A stretch of 64,000 nt of DNA, from the NCBI RefSeq assembly GCF_018350175.1, contig NC_058368.1:39434001-39498000 (forward strand), written 5' to 3'. The position numbers and the translations under genes are program-made. Positions 36,893-49,694 of the stretch are shown here, piece after piece. This stretch comes from Felis catus. Its lineage: Eukaryota. The notes beneath the pieces were generated by a model. It had not been told where the DNA came from and did not search any database. It saw only the letters and a list, made by a program, of their open reading frames with translations. Position 1 is the stretch's first letter. Each line of letters starts with the position of its first letter.

Positions 36893-39067
36893 GATGTATA
36901 TCAGATATATACATCAGATATATACACAGGCTGAATACTGAATACACCTGAATGAACAGCAATATAGTGAATTAAACTTCATTAGTCTCTGGTATAAAGG
37001 TATCATATGTTTTTCAAATGTCAAAACCAAAGTGATATGTGTGTCAGTTTAATGACTATTCAGAAAGAACAAACTTGAAAATACCCTTCTGTGAGTTTGC
37101 TGCTGACAGTTTATCATGATTGAAAATAGAATGTCTTGTGTTCATGAATTTTGAACATGGATAAATAGTGTGTCCTTATGTTCTCCTTCAACTAAGATGC
37201 TGTTGCTGACCTCCCACATTTCATATCCATCATGAGATGAAACCCCATTAGCAAAGTTCACTTCAGAATTTGTCCTCGTCAATGCAAGTTTGTCACAAAA
37301 TATTCCATTCTCCTGCGTGAGATTGTGAAGGAGTCATTATAGGGAGATGTGTTGGATAAACTTAAAGCAACAGCGCATTGTTGTGATGAACTCATTAGCA
37401 TTGCCACTGCTTCAGGAATTTTTTATATCATCTATAAGATAGGACAAATAGACAAAATCTCATTAAAATCTTGATGGATATCCAATACTAAGCAATTTAT
37501 TCCCCTTTGTTCAAAGGAAGGCACCACATGTGCATTTTTGTTTCTGACAAGGAAGATGAATTTTTCTGTATATTCTATTTTCCCCATACTTTTCCTTATG
37601 TCTTGACCATGCTTATCTGAATGGGATCAGTTGTACTGAACCAGCAACCAGTGCTTTCATAAGAGAAAATTTGTACTCTCTTTTGAGTCTTGAAGTGTTT
37701 TTTGTTTGTTTGTGTTTGTTTTTATTTTTTTTTAATATCAGGAGAACAGGCCCAAGTGTAACTGACAGATGGAGGCTGGAGCCTTGTAGGGTAAGGCACA
37801 AGTTTCATTTAATTTGATCCTATACAGAACAAAGCACATGCCAAGTATAATGCTTTCTGATGGATTTTGATTAGCTGTGCTTGGCTAGCTCCTCTTTACA
37901 TTACTTCAGTTCACACTCATTTTGAAGACTAGATGGAATTTCTTCATAGCAGTGGCATGTCCATTTGGGGCAGGGGATAATCAAGCCTGGCTACTATTTC
38001 CCTTGCTTACTCACATACACAATAACCTGCTTTCCCTGCTGCTTTACAAGAATTATTGAAATATTTTCTCCCTATTGCCAGCTGGATCAGTCTCTGTGAC
38101 TTCCTTATATTTGATTATAAATATTGTTTCAAAAATAAATGCATTATTCCTTGGAATACAAAAATAGGATGGGAAGTCACCTTGAGTTTTGCTTGGTGTT
38201 TCTCTTGTCTTCAGTATAAAACACAACCTGAGTCCTCCCTGAGAATGAGAATCTTATTCCTAATGACCTCAAAGAAAGAAGATTCCATAACCTTTCAAAA
38301 TTCTACCCTCTATTTATCAAGCTGCAATATTGACTTTTTTTAACCTGTTTCTGGAGATTAGGCTTATCTCACCCTATTTTTTTTCTCCACTCAGTGAAGA
38401 TAGGAAAAATATGTCTGTGTCTGGGGTTTTCTTTATCAAGCTTGTGTGCTTTATTAATGTTTATAAGACTTTTAGATAAATTATATTTAGCCTATTTATT
38501 TCTTCCTTTTCTTTTCTTTTTTTATTCAATTATTATTCTATTCTTATGGCAACTAAAACAGCCACTTTTGAATAACAAGGAAATGAAGTCATTATATTCA
38601 ACTTAATAAAGCTAAGTAAAAATTATATTTCTGCAGTTAAGTTTGCCTGAAAGTTTAAAGGATCTAAACTGTTAGGGAAAAGATTGATACTTAACATTTT
38701 CTATATTTGATGTGCATCTTTTCTCATAATTTCCTTGAAATGAGAGATATGGGAAGACGTCATTTGTCTCAGAAAAGTAATACATTGTTATTTTAATACA
38801 TACATCAATTATTTTATTTCAATTTCTAGTTCAAATATAACACACATAAAAAATCCACAAGGAGAGAATTGACAGTACTAGCAATTTGGAAATAGAAACT
38901 TGGAGCCGAAGAGGAGGTCTGGTCTAGACATGAAGATTTGGTAACCTTAACATTGATGTGAACAAGTAGCTTAGTGCACATGGATGAAGACTGAGATTTC
39001 TGAATCTCAGAAATCTGCTCACAACAGTTGGTGATGAAACACCCCAGGCCTTTTGACAGATACCTTT

Positions 39068-39124
39068 CTCTCTCTCTCTTTCTCCCTGCCTCTCTCTCCC
39101 ATGCATGTATGTGCATGCACATAT

Positions 39125-39165
<41 letters not shown>

Positions 39166-39168
39166 CAC
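39068..39168. repeat. Compound (CT)n...(CA)n microsatellite
   Basis: Direct reading. Confidence 0.9.
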
Positions 39169-41399
39169 AAGTAACCTATTAACCTCCAAGCCATCAAGAA
39201 CTTTGAAGGGCCTTGCGCCAGCTGGCTCAGTGTTTTTTTGTTTTTGTTTTTGTTTTGTTGTTGTTGTTTTTTTTTCCTGGTGATACAGTCTGCAGGCTGT
39301 TCTTATTTTGCACATAGTATGACCCCTTGTACTCTATACTCACTTCTTCAAGAACAGAAAAAACATGACATTTTTTTTCCATTTTGCTTTAGAAGATCTC
39401 CATTGATAAAGACCAAATCCTCTGGGTTTTATTACCATGAATTTTGCAATAAAATGTTTGCTATTTGCTCACTTAAATTCAGGTTTAATATTCTGCTTTT
39501 CAAGTTCTTGCCTACCTGGCTAAAATTGCTTATGCTTCTGCTGGACCCTAATAAGATGTGTTTGCTTACTAATGTAGTATATTTGCCTTTCTATATGTAT
39601 TTTCTGTATTTTCTCTAAATGCAATTTCAGAGTGTAAAACCTCTTATATTTTGCAGGCTGTGAGGTAAAACCAAAATAATTTGATCCAGACCATTTTAGA
39701 AGGTACAAGAAGGGCAACTTAGAAGCTGTGTAATTTATATTAATTGCAGAGATGTACAAGTCATAATAGTCTGGGTTCAAATACCAACTTAATGCCATTG
39801 TGACTTTATATCCATCTCCCAACTGCTAAACCTCATTTTAGTCATCTCTTTAACAGATAAAAATGTCATACCTCGTTGATTAGCTGGGACATTTATAAGA
39901 AATATGCAATCCCTAGTAGATAGTGGATGTTCAATAAATGTGCGTTGTCTTTTATCTATGTTGCTGTTTCTATATTCAAACACTAGGCCTTCTTCCATCC
40001 TATTAACCTTTATCAATAAAGGGAACCTTACCCCAAGATTACAATTCAGATATAAATATAATATTCATATGAATATGTGTATGTATTTGGAGAAATTAAA
40101 AAATTGAATTTCATACATGAAGTTTTATTATCTGTAGGTAAAGAGAATCTAATGATCTTAAAATATGGAAGGTAATTTAGATTTATGATATGATAATCTT
40201 AAATATTTTTATAAGTTATTGAAAATTGATTTTCTTTAATTGATTACATTGCTTTACTAATGATTTCTAATTCTTAGTAATGACTAATTTTATCCTACTG
40301 TTTACATATAAATATCACTCAGATACGAAATAAAATCTATTAAAAATTCTTTTTTCCTAAAATGAGGTTCCATGGCTAAATTTAACTATAATAAGAAGTT
40401 TGTAAGTAAGCAAACATCATGACAATTTTACCAAAAATCTCCTCTCCAATAATAAAATGGCAACATGGATTCACTGTACTAATATAGTAAGAAAGCTACC
40501 AAACCCATCTCCATAATGAATACCATTTCAATTTTGGTGGAATATATATGAGATAAGAATGATCTTAAGGATGGACTTAAGTTAAATTGTTTTCCCAGAG
40601 TCAGAGACAACAGGTGTCTACCAGTATACCAAGAAGCAACATTTTAATGTTGACCGTGTCTCTATGGTTATTCTGACATTGACACATGTACATTAGTCTC
40701 TTCTTCAGTTGCACTTCATGAGCAATGATTAAAATTAGTATTACTATTTTCTTACAGGACAGGACAAAATCTACCCTGATTTTGCCTCTCCTGTTTTGCA
40801 TGATCTTTTTTGTTGTTATTGTTCTTGTTTTGTTTTTTTAAAACACTTTGTATTTTCTGATCTACTTTACCCCCATATTTGTTAATCTTCCTTCATTCTC
40901 AATCTTTTTGTCTATTTGCTTTAGATTCCTGTATGTCCATTGCTCCCTCATTACTATAAAGCACATTTTGCTTTTCCCAATTGATTTCTCTAACTGGTCA
41001 ATTAAGTAAAAGTCTCACTCCCTCACTGCACTATTCAGGCTGACTAATCTCATGTACAAATGAGGCATGATTGGCTAAAATAGAAGGGGAACTTCCCTTT
41101 ATTTGTTAGGCATGATTCTGATCAATCAGAATTATAAGAAGTAATTATGAATACAGGCACCATTGCTAGAATGTATGTGAGTACATCAAGTAACACTACA
41201 AGAAGTTGCCTTGACTTGAAATTTTGAATGCAGGTATGTGTTTGACTGCACTAATAGTGCCTTAAGGGAAAAGTAGAAATTATTTTGTGCTTCTGTTTGT
41301 AAAGCAAAAGGAAAATACTGAAATATTAGGATATTCTTGAGACATATATCACAGACCAAATAGGGAGCCAGAGCAAAAACATGAGATAATAATAATGGG

Positions 41400-43350
41400 T
41401 TAATCATCAAATACTGTTTCTATGTGTTTTATAAATAACAAATCTTAATTTAATCCTCACAGCTTCCTCAGGTAATAAGTATATCATTGACACCAATTTT
41501 ATAGATAATAAAACTCAGTTTCAGAAAAATAACAATAGGCTAAAGAAGTTCTGCTTTAGTCTTTAGTGACATTAGAAGCATTGGGGACATAAAGACAAAG
41601 GAGTGGCATTCATTGGCTTGTTTTATGTCAGAGTCACTCTGGCTATGTTTAAGAATAGAATGAAAAGGTAAGGGAAGAAGCTGGAAATTATTAGGAGGCC
41701 ATTGTAATAATCTGGACAAGAGAAGAGAGTGGCTCAAATTAAGAAAGTAGCAGGTGTGATGGTGAAAAATGGTCAGATTTGGGAAGTGCTTTAGAGATAA
41801 GGCCTATAACATATGTTGATAGAGTGAATGCAGGCTCTGAGGGAAAAGGCTATATCCAGAATGTCAACTGAGGTTGTTATTTAAAGTAACTGGAAGGCTG
41901 GCCTTGTCAGTAACTAAGATAGGGAAGATTGTAAGAAGAGCAGTTTGATAGGGAAGGGAGAATGGCAGCTGGATTCTGGACATGTTAAGTGTAGATGTCT
42001 ATTAGACAACAAAGTGAGTATGTTATATAGATAATTATATATTTAAGATGGGAGTGATCAGGGAAGAACTTAATGCTGGTGATATCACATTGTTATAAGT
42101 ATATATATGGTCATTTAAATAGAAGAAATCAAAATGATTGCAAGGAGGGATGAGAGAAATCCAAAAAGATGACAAAAGATAAGTAATCACTGAGAAAGAA
42201 GGAAGACAGAGCAAGCATATGTCTCCAAAACCATGTGAAAGAATAATTGTAGCAGAAGAGAGTGATAACATATTTCTGATAAATCAGGTAAGGTGGAGGC
42301 AGAGAATTAACTATTGGATTTGGCAACATGAAGGTCACTGGAAACCCTGACAAGAGGATTTTTTGACAAAGTAATGATTATGAGAGCTTGATTTGATTGA
42401 TTCAAAGATAATACTCTTAGATATACTTAGAATACTCTAAGAATACTCTTAGAAAGAGTATACAAAGTAAAGTAGTTCCAAGAATTTTTTTCTGTAATAA
42501 AAAAAACGTTTAGTAGCTAAATACAGGAATAAGGTGAAAAAGACTCTTTAAAAATAGTGGAGATATAACAGAAGGTTTTTACGTTGTTAGGAAAGATAGA
42601 AGAAGTCACTGAGAATTCCTTCAGCCATGTCCTTTATTTTTTTATTTTTTTTTTAATTTTTTTTCAACGTTTTTATTTATTTTTGGGACAGAGAGAGACA
42701 GAGCATGAACGGGGGAGGGGCAGAGAGAGAGGGAGACACAGAATCGGAAGCAGGCTCCAGGCTCCGAGCCATCAGCCCAGAGCCTGACGCGGGGCTCGAA
42801 CTCACAGACCACGAGATCGTGACCTGGCTGAAGTCGGATGCTTAACCGACTGCGCCACCCAGGCGCCCCAATGTCCTTTAATCGGAAGAGGAGATGGGAT
42901 CTCTTGGGTAGAAGGGATTGTCCTTTGCTGATACCTGGAAAAGTACCTCAGTGATAGATGAGGCAGAGATGGGAATTTGGTGATGGGGGACTGTGGAAGT
43001 TCTCTTCAAATTATTTTGGTCTTCTTAGTAAGATTGGAATAAAGATCATCATCTAAGAGTAAGAATGGAGCAGGAGTTTTGGAGGTCTGAAAATTGGGGT
43101 AAAATTCCATTATGTCCTCCTAAGAGTTTAAAGTGAAACTAATCAATATGATTTTCTCCAGCCATGCTTGGTGGTGAAGATTTAGCATGGAAGTAGGCAG
43201 AAATGTATACTGAAGTAGTTGGTGTCTCTGGCTTAGAAAATATGATAAATGGGAGAGGGTCAGAAAAGTTGAAGGTGTTTACCGAATTAGGGATTTAATC
43301 TGGTTACAGAGAGAACTAAGAACATGATATGGCTAAAGAGAAATGGAAAG
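41400..43350 (-). mobile_element. MIR fragment then long L2 fragment, interrupted by a young SINE
   Basis: gagtcactctggct, aggaggccattgtaataatctggacaagaga, ttggatttggcaacatgaaggtcactggaaaccctgacaagag are antisense-L2-like motifs. Confidence 0.75.
42637..42869 (-). mobile_element. Can-SINE, young felid-type, full length
   Basis: CpG-rich body; TSD atgtccttta (42627-42636, 42871-42880). Confidence 0.97.
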
Positions 43351-45859
43351 TTAGCAAGGACAATAGATTATTATAGCTCTTGATGTAGTTACAATATCAC
43401 TGTAATTACATTTGTATCTTTAACTGAAATCAGCTTGAAACAAGGAAATGTGACATGTTTGGCCACCAAACATTTGTTAAATATATATATATAAACAAAT
43501 AAATACATCATAAAACAATAAAAAAGTTATTTTACATTATTTTCTCAAATTTACAAATTCCTTATTAATTATTTTTAGAGAAGAAAAACAATTTCACTAT
43601 TGAATACAATATTCTACTTATAAGATGAATAACTGCTGTTATACAAATAAATATATAAAAAATAACATAAAATAAATAGAAATAAATAATACCACTCTAT
43701 ATACTATGATATATTAGGCAACTAGATTGGGAATAGAGATGTGATAGAATTATTGTACCTAGTAGAAGCATCTTGCCTAGTTCTGAGTTAGGTGGACATT
43801 ACATATGGCAGGTGAGAAACTCCTTCGCAAGTATGCATGCTGGTGGTCATTTGTAGAGTGTCATCAATGTAATGTCTTATATCTGTGCTTTTAAAATTTA
43901 TGAAGTACCTCCATATTTGTTTTTCATAAGAACACCATGTATTAATCAGCACAGTCCTACAAACCAATCTTACAAATTATTCTTTTGAGACTCAGGGAAA
44001 TTGAATTATTGCCCAAGATCATGTAGATAAATTTATAGCAGATTTAAATCTAGTACACTGAACTCTAGTTTGTTGTAGGAATAATATCTCTTCAGCAATA
44101 TTTGTGAGTAGATCAATTAAAGCATAGCTTTGCCACCACAAAAGGAATCTAAATGTTCCAAATTTTCCCATAATGTTCACTCAAATACATACATACACAG
44201 ACACACACAGTATTTTGAATGAATACTTGTTAGGATATTCTAAACATGGGGTTTGAAAGCCCTTATAGAGATTGATCAGTACACTATTAATATATTTCTC
44301 CCAAGTAGTGAAAATGTATTTTTGAAATTATATACTCTTCTCCATCATAAGGACCTAAATAATGACTCAGATAATTACATGTGGTGGAAAGAAAAGGGGA
44401 CTGGTCTGTGCACACATATATGCATGAAGATCCACGCATCATTTGGGGATATAGAGAAACAGAGCTAATGATTGTACTCAGTAAACGGTATTGTATTGCA
44501 TTTATTTTAGGGTTGCTAGCCAAAGAGTCCTAGTCTAACTCAAGCAATGCAGATGTATTTTAAAAATATGTGTAGACACAATGGCCATAAAATCTCTTAA
44601 CAGCAATAGCAACAAAATTTGGCATGTAGATAACAATATACCCTCAGGAATGGAAGTGTTTAATATCACTTTACGTTATATAATTTCTTTGTCATTAGAA
44701 ATTTGCAAATCTCTGTCATCATTGGCATTTCTCTTCCCCTCATTCTTTTTTTACTACATCTGTCACTGATACCCTGTATAGATTCCTGACCTTTGGCTTT
44801 TGCTTATTTGTAGTTTCTAAATACTCATAACGTAAGCCCACTTACTGTCAACCATTGCCTCTCCTGCTTCATCCTTTACATATGTACCCAGTCTCACTGT
44901 CTGTTCTGATTAGGAATTGCTTGACTCTTTCATATTTTCTAGTTATAGTTGCCAAAGGAGGTGATCTCCCTGTGTCCAGCATTGTCCCTCTTCGAAGACA
45001 TAAATCTTTTCATGCCAGACCACTTCATTTGGTGCTGGCTGGCTTATGATTATGGTTCCTGGATTCATTCAGTTGTGGCCAAAGCATATGTGATGGAATG
45101 TGGCCCCTAATAGTTTCTCTCAGGTAGAAAACTTGCTGTGGGGCAGCATCTTTGCTAAGAGAATATGAGTATGGTAGCTGCTATGATTGACCTTTATATG
45201 ATATTTCAATGTCTGGGGAAGATTGATAAAAAATGAGGTCACATATCATAATTATTACTCATTTTACCTGGTCTGTACCCTGCATGGAGCAGACAGAGTT
45301 CCAATCTTATCTTTTATCACCTATGTTTGCTGGCATCTACATAAAGGTCCTTTTTGAATTCCTTTAAATAACTCAGATAAAATAATAAAACTCTTATATT
45401 AGGCGCTGGATAGCAAAACAATGTGATTTAAAAAGTTGTTGAATTCCATTAAGCTATATTAATTTAAAGTAGTAAGTGATCCTGTTCTTTCGCTCTACAT
45501 ACTTTCTTTCTACAAACTACTAGCATCAGTGAAAGTGGAGATTTGTGTATAGCAGTTAATACGCGTATATCATAGTTTGGGGAAAAACAGAAACAACTTA
45601 AGAAAGATGGATCACATTACAAATGCTAAAGTCTTTTTTGAACCAACAGATCTTTAAATCATTTTTCAGGTTTTATTTGCACATAATATGGCAGTGCACA
45701 TGGGAAGTCATAAGCACTCTGATACAGAAACTGGGATAATTTGATCTTGTATTTTCCCCTTCATATGGACATAAAAAATTATGAAATACCAATAACAACT
45801 TGATGTCACTTTATTCAGAATGAAATATGAGGTTGAAAAATAGAAATTGTGATTATGTA

Positions 45860-46237
45860 GATATATTATTTACCTTTAGCAGCCCCAAACATAACCTTTA
45901 AAAAAGCAAACTTTTGCTACCTCAAATTTTCTTTCAGTCAAGAACTCATAAGTAGCTTAGCTGAAGTGACTCATCTGTCTTTCACTGTTTCAGAGAGTCT
46001 AATGGAGTGGCAATCAGGCTTTGAGATGGGCTGCTGTGAACTATAAGCTTGCGTGGGCTAAAGTTTCCTTTCACTCCCAAGGGTCTTGGCAGGAGGTCTG
46101 AGTTCCTTGCTACATGGGCCTCTGGCTGCATATGAGTAGCCTCACATTCCTCCAGAGCATGGGATCCAAAAGAAAGGACAAACAGGAAGGTGTGATGCCT
46201 TTTATGACCTAGTCTGTAAAGTTGTACACTTTTACTT
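45860..46237 (-). mobile_element. MaLR LTR fragment (MLT1F-like)
   Basis: ttggcaggaggtctgagttccttgctacatgggcctct; gccttttatgacctagtct. Confidence 0.65.
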
Positions 46238-46681
46238 TATTATTATCTTCCAATGTATGTATTTTTTGAAAGTGAGTATCAAGTCCAAGTTACACTCAAA
46301 AGAAGAAGGCTTCTTCTTTTTGAAGGGAGTTTCAGAAAATGTGTGGGCATATTTCAAACTACCATAAGGAATACGGGCACATTTACTCAGGATTTTTTTT
46401 TTTCCCGGCAGAAGATGAAATTCTGTAAAGGTAATGCCCTTTCTCTGAACAAAGTGGCTAAGGTAGTTTTCCTTGCATATATGGCATTGCTGTTTGGTCT
46501 GTGACTTTGCCTCCAAGGCCACAATTTCATGGAGCAAAGATGAGTGCTGCCTACAGCAGCTAGCTGGAAGCCAGACAATGACAAGGACTCTGGAGCACTG
46601 TGCCAATTAAGGACACAATCTATGGAATGCATACAACCACACCTATTCACTGCCCTCCTTTGGGGAGCGTGATTTTAAGGC

Positions 46682-47260
46682 TATATTAGGTTTTTATTGC
46701 TATTATAAAACATAATCAGATCATAAAAACACAAATTTATTATCTCACAGTTCTGTAGTTCAGAAGTCTAGATTAATTTGGCAGGTTCCTTTGCCTGGAG
46801 TCTGACAGGGTCAAAATGAAAGTGTCAGCTGGCCTAGGCTCTTATCTAGAGGCCCTGAGGATGAATCTCCTTCCAATCTTATTCAGGTTGTTGGCAGAAT
46901 CTAATTCTTTTCAGGTATAAAACTGAAGTCCTCATTTCTTCATTGGCTGTCACCTGGGGTTCATCTTTAACTTCTGAATGCCCTTCTCTGGTTCTTACTC
47001 ATGGACCCCTATGTCTCAGAGATAACAAAGGGGTATCAAACCATTCTCCTACTTGAAATCTCTCTGAGTTTTCTTTTTGCCACATCTTTTGACTCTAGCT
47101 GGAGCAAGATCTTTGTTTTAATCTCATGTAATTAGATTGAGCCCAACTGTGGATATAATTAAGGTTACATACCTCAAAATAGGGAGATTATTCAAAGTCC
47201 CTTTTGAGATGTAACATAACACCTTCACAAGTTTCATACCAGGAGGGATGACTTTTTAGC
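46682..47260 (-). mobile_element. MaLR LTR (MLT1D/E-like)
   Basis: aaacacaaatttattatctcacagttctgtagttcagaagtc; attcaggttgttggcagaatctaattc; catgtaattagattgagccca. Confidence 0.8.
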
Positions 47261-47396
47261 ACCAGAAAATATTCACATGCGTCCATGCTTTTTACGTGTA
47301 TCTTTCCAATAGTCTTTGATTCTGGGCATAATTATACCTGAAGATATTTCTGCTCCCAGGATCCCAAAGGAACTTCACAAAAATCTCAGAAAATAA

Positions 47397-47397
<1 letters not shown>

Positions 47398-47436
<39 letters not shown>
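47398..47436. repeat. (GT)n microsatellite
   Basis: Direct reading. Confidence 0.95.
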
Positions 47437-47437
<1 letters not shown>

Positions 47438-47719
47438 GTGTATCTGAGGGGCAGAGAGTATATTTCTCTTAAGACACACATGTATGTGGTAATGAAAGTC
47501 AAAGGTGGCATCTGTCCACCTGAAATATCTTCCTAATTGTGTCCTTCCCTTCTCTTTAAGAAAAAAACACCATCAGTTTTTGCAAAACTCTTTTAAAAAC
47601 AACTAATTATGTGAAAACCATGGTAAGTATAACATAGAAAAGAACAAAGGTACAAGAATTCTTAAAGGCCCATTAATAATTGTCACCCTGATCTTCATTG
47701 AAATGTAAATAGAATTAGA

Positions 47720-48015
47720 TTTGCCCTTTTTCAGTTGCCCTCTTAGTCCTGCACTGATTGGCCTCCTCCTACTCTTGTCTTGAAATTTCATCCTGCCCAG
47801 CCCTTTCCCCCAACATACTACTCTGTGCATACATCAGTGACAGCATTTATCACTGTCTCTAATGATCTTGACTTCTATCTCTCCTAGTTTTGTTTTTTTT
47901 TAACTTCACAATATTAAAGGACAAGAACTGTATCTAATTCATTTCTCAATATCCAGATCCTAGCATAGTAACGGGAATATACTAAGAATGTATATGAGTA
48001 AATGCATGAATGAAT
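47720..48015 (+). mobile_element. L2 3' end fragment
   Basis: aaggacaagaactgtatctaattcatttc...cctagcatagt...aaatgcatgaatgaat. Confidence 0.55.
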
Positions 48016-49694
48016 ATACATTGGATTTTCTCTCCTCCCTTTGGTAAGTCTCAGTCTGGATATATTACCTTAGCCTAAGGAGGCACAAAAGGTAATATGT
48101 GTCAAATGTTTACATGATAGACCCAAAGAGATCAAGGAAAGTAATTTACATCTCACAACAAACTCCTCAGGACTGTACAATCTAATACAGCAAAGTTATC
48201 CTAAGTGTTTGTGCATATATTCTATGAAATCTCATTTTTAACATACTGATTTTTTTTTGCTGAAAATGTATTGCACATAGAAGCACTAAAATTATCTTTG
48301 ACTTAAGCATAAATAAAACAAATTATTTCACTTTCCTTTTTATTATCAAAATGGTCACTTTTTTCATTTAAACTCTTGGTAGGTTCATACGGCTTTGACC
48401 TATCAAGCTTTCATTTCCTGCTGTCTGAAATGAAACATCTCTCCCACCTGTAACTGACAAGAGTCCCATTTCTTGTGGGATTGATTTCTTTCATCTCCTT
48501 TTTCATACCCTTATCTTTCTTTTACTTTCTTCCTTTCCTTACAGTGATAAGGTCTCTATATTTTCTTGTTGTGCTCACCTTCACGCTTTTGTCCTTCATT
48601 TATCAGTTTTCATCTTCTTAATTTATATATTCTCTCTCCATCTTCTTCTCCATTTATTTGTGGTTTTATCTTGTCTTTCTCTGTTTTATCTAATTAAGCC
48701 ACTTCAGCTGTAAAACAAACTAATACTTTATGTACTTTTAAGAAAAAATTCTATTAAAAATAGTGTCAAATAAAGTATGGTAAGTCATCAATTATTATCA
48801 GACATTACAATTTTAGAGATATTTAAATATAAAAATGTGGCCCTTAGAACTGAAAAATTCGATTTTATCATGTGGACTCTAAAAAAGACATTATTTGATA
48901 TTCAAAGGTTTACCCACTTTTGTTGTGGTTTTTATTCTTATGTGAAATAGAAGATACCTTCCTTTGATGATTCTGCATTGACTTTACTGATCTAGAAAAT
49001 GCCTGGCACGCAGAAAGCATCAATAACAACAATCCACTAAGACTATTTGAAGTCTAAATCAATTAATCCAAGTAAAGCATTAAACGTGATGAACCTCAAT
49101 CTATGAACTCATATTTAATTTCTTTAAATTAATATAATCCTGATTAAGAACACCTGTGCATAATAATGTGGAAAAATCCATATTTTTGATTATTGAAGCC
49201 ACTTCCACTTTCCTTTCTAGAATATGGGATGTTTAATTGTTACAAGCAATTTTAATCCATCAAATATGATTACTACTAAAATACCTTTTGTGGAAACCTT
49301 TAATGCTCCTTTGATGTGAAGTAATTTTCTGCTTCTCCGTGGCCAGTGAGAAACTTTGCTGAGTACAAACACCAATGCCCTCTTACTACACAGACACCTT
49401 CCCTGAAGTCATACCACAGCCCTTTTCTTCCCAAGACCCACTGAGATACTAGGGTTCAGAACTTTACTTCTGTTCATTTCCCAGGGTGTTTTGCTTTCTC
49501 CACTCCTTCCAAACCATCATGCATAATCTTTCAGGGAATTTGGGCTGTTTATAAAATACTAAAGATAGAGTCACATATTTAAGGCAGCTATTTCTTCCTA
49601 CCCATTCAGTGTTCTCCAAGCAAGAATAAAATATTGCTTGAAAGGACAATCAAGGGATAATGCATGCTAGCTATTATTATAACTATTACTCTCT

